Below, in pieces: positions 58,322-64,000 of a stretch of 64,000 nt of DNA. The notes below the pieces were generated by a model. The model was not told where the DNA came from. It searched no databases and saw only the letters and a program-made list of their open reading frames with translations. Each line of letters begins with the position of its first letter. Position 1 is the first letter of the stretch. The DNA comes from a virus (Duplodnaviria > Caudoviricetes): IMG/VR virus record IMGVR_UViG_3300031951_000008; one strand, written 5' to 3'. A program made the position numbers and the translations under genes.

Positions 58322-58831
58322 ATGGATACCTCTACTAATTCAGTACCAGATGCTGAAAGCCTTATACTGCGATCCACTGCAGACCATATAAAAGAAAGGC
58401 TGAAGGAGAATCCGCATCTTATCTCTTGTGCATATTTTCATTATACTGTACCACGGTCAATAGAGATACGATGCGAGATAGTCAAAGAAATACAACATCC
58501 AGAAATCCAAGAGGTGGATTCATGGACAGGGACATGCGAAACTCCAGAGGGATGGAGGCTACCTCCCGTCCGGCAAGCTGCTAGTGAGCCACAAATTATA
58601 TATCTCCTGCCTAAGGTTGTTATAATACACGTAATTACCTTACAGTCAGATCGTCTAATAATAGCCTCAAAATGCTTTGTCGGCACCACAAAACGCTCCC
58701 TATACGGACGAGGTCGCGAAACCTCATTAGATATACATGTACCGGACCTTATCGATCAAATAGTCGAAATAGTTAGCGATATGGCCTATCCTAAGTCGCA
58801 GGCAGAAACATACTTAGATAATACGCCCTAG
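58322..58831 (+). CDS. SLHDP-family paralog
   Basis: ILRSTADHI; LDIHVPDLIDQI. Confidence 0.75.
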   Translation: MDTSTNSVPDAESLILRSTADHIKERLKENPHLISCAYFHYTVPRSIEIRCEIVKEIQHPEIQEVDSWTGTCETPEGWRLPPVRQAASEPQIIYLLPKVVIIHVITLQSDRLIIASKCFVGTTKRSLYGRGRETSLDIHVPDLIDQIVEIVSDMAYPKSQAETYLDNTP

Positions 58832-58872
58832 CCGCCGTTCACACAAAGTAAAGCTGTTGCCACAAATAAATT

Positions 58873-59211
58873 ATGCGAGACTTAACAATAGCAATATATG
58901 AACATCTCTGTCGAGCCACCCCCGGAAAAAGACGAGCCTCTTGTAAGCCACTCCACGATCACATATATTTGAGATTTATCGGCCCCGGAGAACGCGACCA
59001 ATTAGCACCAGGCAGCTGGGTAATATTCATAGAAACAGACACATCATACGAAATAAAAATCAACGCAAAAGCCCAGCTTCAGATCATATCTTACGTGGAA
59101 AACCAGGAAAGCTCTGAATGGCCTCCTAATCATATAGAAGTAACAACCATAGACCTCAACGAACCAAACTGCCTAGAACGACTCACTCGACTAATAAACA
59201 AATGCAACTGA
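58873..59211 (+). CDS. SLHDP-family paralog
   Basis: MRDLTIAIYEHL; IDLNEPNCLERL. Confidence 0.8.
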   Translation: MRDLTIAIYEHLCRATPGKRRASCKPLHDHIYLRFIGPGERDQLAPGSWVIFIETDTSYEIKINAKAQLQIISYVENQESSEWPPNHIEVTTIDLNEPNCLERLTRLINKCN

Positions 59212-59531
59212 TACAAGCCATATACGACCACTTAATGCAAGCAATTCCAGAACGCAGGTACGGACGTATATCTCAGAACTACAACGATGAATTAACTATA
59301 GAAATACAAACCCACAAAATGTTTGAAATCACAATCGCAGAAGATCTGAACAGTCTCAAGATAAAATCATACTATTACATATATCGAGATTCTGTCGAGC
59401 CAGGCAATGATGTACCTCTTTATTCAGGCTTAGACTACAACTGGATCGATATCCATGCAACTAACCTATTAGATCTACTAATACATATAATAAAGACAAA
59501 GTCCCAAGCCGATGAATTCGCAATACTATGA
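59202..59531 (+). CDS. SLHDP-family paralog
   Basis: MQLIQAIYDHL; IDIHATNLLDLL. Confidence 0.8.
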   Translation: MQLIQAIYDHLMQAIPERRYGRISQNYNDELTIEIQTHKMFEITIAEDLNSLKIKSYYYIYRDSVEPGNDVPLYSGLDYNWIDIHATNLLDLLIHIIKTKSQADEFAIL

Positions 59532-60322
59532 GGAATTCGATGAGCCAGACAAACACAGAAATGCTTTTGTCTCTTCGTGACCACCTGAGACAAAAGCTAC
59601 AAGGTTATGAACAAATGATGGTAGAGTTATACGTGTATCCACACCAATCTCATATATTGGTAGTGTATGTTATACGCGTACCCGAACCACTGACAAGAGC
59701 CCACACCATCCAACTACAGCCAGACACAGACATAGTTAATATCGAAACTATTGATTATGAAGCTTACGGCAAAAACGGCAACAAGATAGACAGCCACAAC
59801 ATCAGTATCTGTCGACCGGACTTCTTGGAACAAATCGAACGAGTAGCCACAAACATGCAAGGCCAAGCCACACCAACATTACTCGCCATATCAAAGCACT
59901 TAGAAGAACTATTGCGAGATCGTCTGTCACCAGCACACCATCGAGAGTTATACCAAAAAATCTATAAAATAGACATTTATACATATGCTACGTCACAAGA
60001 ACGAATTAAAGTTGCTATAGAGGTTTTCGCAACAGCACCAACTACTATGCCATATCATGCTGGAACCTGCTACCTCCAAATAAAAGACGGGAAGGTAGGC
60101 CTAAATATATGCGTAAGCCAAACCGCCCAACGCCAGTTAATCGCCGGGACCAGCATGCTTAGAGGCGAACAGTTTTACGACATAGATGAATATGTTATAG
60201 ACCTGAATCGGCCAAACGCACTAGAGCAAATAACACAACATATAGTAACAAACGTAACAACAGGCATCACCGTCTGGTTAAGTGAATGCGAGTACGTAAA
60301 AGCCAAGACCAACCAAGTATGA
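59528..60322 (+). CDS. SLHDP-family paralog with two tandem domains
   Basis: LLSLRDHL..ISICRPDFLEQI, then MQGQ..LLAISKHL..IDLNRPNALEQI. Confidence 0.8.
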   Translation: MRNSMSQTNTEMLLSLRDHLRQKLQGYEQMMVELYVYPHQSHILVVYVIRVPEPLTRAHTIQLQPDTDIVNIETIDYEAYGKNGNKIDSHNISICRPDFLEQIERVATNMQGQATPTLLAISKHLEELLRDRLSPAHHRELYQKIYKIDIYTYATSQERIKVAIEVFATAPTTMPYHAGTCYLQIKDGKVGLNICVSQTAQRQLIAGTSMLRGEQFYDIDEYVIDLNRPNALEQITQHIVTNVTTGITVWLSECEYVKAKTNQV

Positions 60323-60735
60323 TACAACTCATAAAAGCATTGCATAACCACCTCCGAAAAACTTATCACGACCAAGTCGTACTATACGAGTATGGCGAAG
60401 GACCAAACCAAAAGCAAGGGCTAATAGTCAACATTTATGAAAAAGACGGCATCAAGGAGGAACTAACACACTGTGTTATCATAGTGGACCCAGACGATTC
60501 CAACCAGTTAAGAGTCACTAAAATTAGACAATCCATCGTACAAACAGTACGAGATGGTCGACACTTTGACTCGCTCAACCATCTCCTCGACCTGGCAGAC
60601 AATAAACTTATCCACTTCATGGCCTTTAACTATGTGCCACTCGTCGATTACAGCACCAAGAGGTGCTACCAAAATATAGACCTACATGCACCGAACTTCT
60701 TAGATATAGTAGACAGCATAATCAAAAGCAAATGA
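60319..60735 (+). CDS. SLHDP-family paralog
   Basis: ATGA overlap start MIQLIKALHNHL; IDLHAPNFLDIV. Confidence 0.8.
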   Translation: MIQLIKALHNHLRKTYHDQVVLYEYGEGPNQKQGLIVNIYEKDGIKEELTHCVIIVDPDDSNQLRVTKIRQSIVQTVRDGRHFDSLNHLLDLADNKLIHFMAFNYVPLVDYSTKRCYQNIDLHAPNFLDIVDSIIKSK

Positions 60736-61226
60736 AAGAACTCGTTCAAGCTATAAAAGAACACCTAGAACAAACATTCCGAGATCCAGATATAAATATT
60801 ATAGATACTATTCACCACCAACCAAAGACACGGCGATTCGGACATTACGCGACAATCAGATACACCTTAGAAGGGTTATGGCCCATAAATAATCAGTCTA
60901 ATGCGACACAGTCACAAAAGCAATATGTCAATACCGTTCTAAGTTTCGCTCAAAGCGAATTAATTATAGCAGCGTTCAACCACATAATTAGTGGCACGCT
61001 TGGAGACTTTTCGATACACCCACGTATCAAATTAGCATATCACGAGCCGGGTCTACTAGATAGAATAACCACAATCGCATTAGAACATAAACACTTAATC
61101 CAAAACCCAACAATATACAAGCAACTATTGGATTGCTGGTCATGTAGAGGCCCATATCACCCTCATGCGATAGACCACTTAGAAGAAATAAGCAAGTCAA
61201 TTTGGTCACACCACCAACACAATTAG
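60732..61226 (+). CDS. SLHDP-family paralog
   Basis: ATGA overlap start MKELVQAIKEHL; LAYHEPGLLDRI. Confidence 0.8.
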   Translation: MKELVQAIKEHLEQTFRDPDINIIDTIHHQPKTRRFGHYATIRYTLEGLWPINNQSNATQSQKQYVNTVLSFAQSELIIAAFNHIISGTLGDFSIHPRIKLAYHEPGLLDRITTIALEHKHLIQNPTIYKQLLDCWSCRGPYHPHAIDHLEEISKSIWSHHQHN

Positions 61227-61349
61227 CTGTCAATTCAACAAGGCTCTGTAGCTGCCACACAAACGTATAGACTACCCACGTGCGGGACCACATGTTTAAC
61301 GGCCTAACAAATGAAGCACAAGACATAATTCAAAACGGGAACCGAGCAA

Positions 61350-61544
61350 ATGAATCTAGACGAAACAGCCAAAAGAAAAGTAGACGCATTGATCCACATA
61401 CTAGAGGGCGAAGTCATGCTCCTAAGGGACACTGTTCACGAATCAATGCACTGGAACGACGCTAGGGCAGCACAAGTAGCGATATCCAAAATCCAATCAA
61501 GTGCAAACAAGATCCTCCTTGCCCTAGGGATAGAGAAGACATAA
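61350..61544 (+). CDS. Small coiled-coil hypothetical protein
   Basis: 64 aa helical. Confidence 0.55.
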   Translation: MNLDETAKRKVDALIHILEGEVMLLRDTVHESMHWNDARAAQVAISKIQSSANKILLALGIEKT

Positions 61545-61605
61545 ACGAACATCCACTAAAAACCATGGCCCACACCTAAACATAGGCATAGGATAAATCA
61601 CGATA

Positions 61606-61809
61606 ATGAAAGACAAACTCATAAAACTGATCGAAAGCACTCACGGCCCCATGGAATGGGGAGGATCAATGGGCTGGGGAGACGGCATAATCACCTGCTC
61701 AGTTAAAAAAGATGACATGATAATCAAGGGAGTGAGTGGCGGTGATTGCACATCGCTTGAAGCCCTAATCGATCTAGCTAGCAAATTGAATATTAAACTC
61801 GGAACATAA
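61606..61809 (+). CDS. Hypothetical protein
   Basis: AGGA SD, 67 aa. Confidence 0.6.
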   Translation: MKDKLIKLIESTHGPMEWGGSMGWGDGIITCSVKKDDMIIKGVSGGDCTSLEALIDLASKLNIKLGT

Positions 61810-61842
61810 AGAGCTAACAACATCGTCCCTGGGGATACAGTT

Positions 61843-62100
61843 ATGATAGCGAATGAGGCTATAGAAATCAACAAAAAGGCTACAGAAGGAAACTACGATT
61901 GCAAAGTAGCGATATTCGAGCTAATCGACGAATCGGGCGTAGACTACGCGTTTTTAAGCGGGTTTGGATATAAAGAGTCTTGGAAAGGCAAGGTCTGCTC
62001 AGGGCATCGCAATGATAATGGCACAATCACGTGGCAGCAGCCATGCGGCTGCGGTACCTACACGGCTGATGAATCTCACTTCAAAGAAATAAAGGCTTAA
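61843..62100 (+). CDS. Hypothetical protein with Cys motifs
   Basis: 85 aa, VCSGH..PCGCG. Confidence 0.6.
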   Translation: MIANEAIEINKKATEGNYDCKVAIFELIDESGVDYAFLSGFGYKESWKGKVCSGHRNDNGTITWQQPCGCGTYTADESHFKEIKA

Positions 62101-62145
62101 GATATATGGCAACGATACTACTAGGACAACGAAGCCAAACAACCA

Positions 62146-62616
62146 ATGAACGACCTCACCCAAGCAATCAAGCAACACCTAACCGAAATATTCGAACAAA
62201 GCCGGGCACAATATAGAAGCATGTTTGTTTCTGAAGTGCAATGCAGGCATACCATCTTCTACGATATAGAGCTAATCGACTATGATGACGATACAAGGAA
62301 GAATGGCTATCGAAATATCGGTTCAAATTACGCGACCCTATCATACCGACTCAGCTGCACAATACCAGGCCTACACATACAAACAAGAATAGACTTCCTG
62401 AGGCAAAATGAAATAATATACGAAACCCACTACATCAAAATCAAAAACAGCCACAACAAAGAAACAAGCACAAGCTCACCTAAGATCAAAATATCAATAC
62501 TCCAACCAGACTTCCTAGACAGAATCACCACAATCGCCCAAGAACACATCAAAATAATAAACAACCCCAAACTAATGGATACTAAAATGAAAAGGGCCAA
62601 CATGTTTGTCTGGTAG
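62146..62616 (+). CDS. SLHDP-family paralog
   Basis: MNDLTQAIKQHL; ISILQPDFLDRI. Confidence 0.8.
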   Translation: MNDLTQAIKQHLTEIFEQSRAQYRSMFVSEVQCRHTIFYDIELIDYDDDTRKNGYRNIGSNYATLSYRLSCTIPGLHIQTRIDFLRQNEIIYETHYIKIKNSHNKETSTSSPKIKISILQPDFLDRITTIAQEHIKIINNPKLMDTKMKRANMFVW

Positions 62617-62649
62617 GGATTTTATCAACAGGCACAGATTATAAACTAG

Positions 62650-63273
62650 TTGTCAATTCTCCATTATCCTCTCAAGACCATGCTATACATCAAAACAATC
62701 AAAATTAGCCAAAACCACAGATGCCTCAAGCAAGGCCTAGCCATAGAAGCCAAACAACTAACACTCCTCGTCGGAGATCAAGGATCAGGCAAATCAACAA
62801 TCCTACAAGGCTTGGCCCAACTAGGTCAATCTAAAGAATCATTCATAACCATAGAGTTGACACCAGAAGGCGAAAAAGGTGTAAACTCATACTATTTCGA
62901 TTCCGAAAAGCACAATCCTCGCATTAAAGACCCACATCTTTACGCCACAGCAGGCGGAAAGAACGAAGGAATCGGCTTCGCATCTGCACTAAAAAGCCGA
63001 TTCCAGTCTCACGGTGAAGTAATAAAAGAATTCACTGTCAATCCCATCAAAAAGGCACAAAACTGCATCGTTAATATCGACGAGCCAGAATCAGGCCTCT
63101 CAATAAGAAATCAATATAAACTAGTCAGTGCGATCCAAGCAGCTATACATAACAAAACTCAATTCTTCATAGCCACCCACTGCCTACCACTGATTCAATC
63201 TGTAGACCAAGTCTACTCCATGGAACATCTACGATGGATGGATGCAAAAGAGTTCATACAAACCCAAATGTAG
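62650..63273 (+). CDS. ABC-type/AAA P-loop ATPase (stand-alone)
   Basis: Walker A GDQGSGKS, SHGE signature-like, Walker B NIDEPESGL, IATH switch; true start may be ATG 62680. Confidence 0.88.
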   Translation: MSILHYPLKTMLYIKTIKISQNHRCLKQGLAIEAKQLTLLVGDQGSGKSTILQGLAQLGQSKESFITIELTPEGEKGVNSYYFDSEKHNPRIKDPHLYATAGGKNEGIGFASALKSRFQSHGEVIKEFTVNPIKKAQNCIVNIDEPESGLSIRNQYKLVSAIQAAIHNKTQFFIATHCLPLIQSVDQVYSMEHLRWMDAKEFIQTQM

Positions 63274-63294
63274 AGACTCATAGCCTACCTAAGC

Positions 63295-63615
63295 ATGAAC
63301 CAAACCATAAGTGCAATCCTCGACTACCTTAAAACAAACCTAGGCAACCCCATAGCAGGCTCAACCGTACAATGGTACCCATCAGGCATACAAATCACCA
63401 AACCATCAATTAAATTATATATCGATATAATCATAACCGCCGACACAAAAGCCAACATAATAATTGAAGGAATTCGCTATAAAGTAGTCACCAGGGATAG
63501 TAATAGCGAAGTTGTGCAGCCCATAACAAAACGATTCATAATATACGCACACCAGCCAAACCTCCTAGAACAAATACTAACAGCAATCAACCAAATAACA
63601 CAACTCACCGACTAA
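63295..63615 (+). CDS. SLHDP-family paralog
   Basis: MNQTISAILDYL; IYAHQPNLLEQI. Confidence 0.8.
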   Translation: MNQTISAILDYLKTNLGNPIAGSTVQWYPSGIQITKPSIKLYIDIIITADTKANIIIEGIRYKVVTRDSNSEVVQPITKRFIIYAHQPNLLEQILTAINQITQLTD

Positions 63616-63643
63616 CCAGGCAGCACAAAGTCTCCGCCCTATA

Positions 63644-64000
63644 ATGACAATGCTAGAAACACTCGAAGCAATAAAAACCCACCTCAACAACGACCCCACC
63701 TTACAAACAAACCAAATATATGTCATCGGTCCCGACAGATCAATCGGGTGGGGTAAAACGTGGGGTAAAACAGGAAGATCAGCTAATTCCCACCAAGCCA
63801 AAAGACTCCTAGCTTACCACCACTACAAGGCCAAGAGCCGAACAAGCTACGTAGCACAAATCAGCATCAAACAAGACACAATCCACATAATAAAAAGCAC
63901 CCTAGACCTATTAGACCCACATCCAAGCATAGAGATCGACCTGAACGACCCCAACTTCATCCGACAAATAGTACAAAATCTCTACCAAATCGCCCAAAAA
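63644..64000 (+). CDS. SLHDP-family paralog, truncated by window end (not in ORF track)
   Basis: MTMLETLEAIKTHL...IEIDLNDPNFIRQIVQNLYQIAQK, open to base 64000. Confidence 0.8.
   Translation, partial: MTMLETLEAIKTHLNNDPTLQTNQIYVIGPDRSIGWGKTWGKTGRSANSHQAKRLLAYHHYKAKSRTSYVAQISIKQDTIHIIKSTLDLLDPHPSIEIDLNDPNFIRQIVQNLYQIAQK

Noticed and set aside
60663-60731. Long N-terminal extensions in the ORF track (60663, 60286, 19963, 17240, 45726)
   Set aside because: Downstream ATG/GTG codons with SD or ATGA coupling and family-typical N-termini are better starts
52418-64000. Array as integron cassettes or DGR targets
   Set aside because: Genes overlap or abut with no room for attC-like sites, motif conservation is at the protein level with synonymous changes, and no integrase, reverse transcriptase or TR/VR pair is seen in the window
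1-64000. tRNA/rRNA genes or a bacterial chromosomal origin for the window
   Set aside because: No cloverleaf or rRNA-like segments were seen in the few intergenic gaps; gene content and packing are phage-like

Overview
Gene-dense 64 kb segment that reads as part of a large (jumbo-type) tailed phage genome in the standard genetic code. I saw no rRNA, tRNA, CRISPR array, integrase or host housekeeping operon. The host is tentatively Planctomycetota, inferred from two secreted CxxCH cytochrome-c-like proteins, a planctomycete-style sigma-70 factor and a matrixin protease. Bases 1-47 kb mix virion and baseplate-type genes with accessory enzymes: five glycosyltransferase-like genes, a DegT aminotransferase, two SAM methyltransferases, a Nudix hydrolase, an adenosine-deaminase-like enzyme, HAD, kinase, metallophosphoesterase and peptidases. 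This part also has a homing-endonuclease-like protein fused to a Mom-like DNA-modification domain. Bases 47.5-64 kb are co-oriented small genes dominated by one unnamed paralog family, provisionally the SLHDP family, with about 24 genes in 52.4-64 kb and about 30 in the window. Members share an N-terminal helix (M-x-D-L-x-x-A-I-x-x-H-L) and a C-terminal motif (I-S/D-L-H/N-D-P-x-hydrophobic-L) around a highly variable core. Other highlights are a DUF4326 gene broken by one extra unit of a (GAAGA)4 repeat (candidate phase-variable switch) and a steep A/C compositional gradient toward the window end. All family assignments are from motif recognition by eye, with no database searches.
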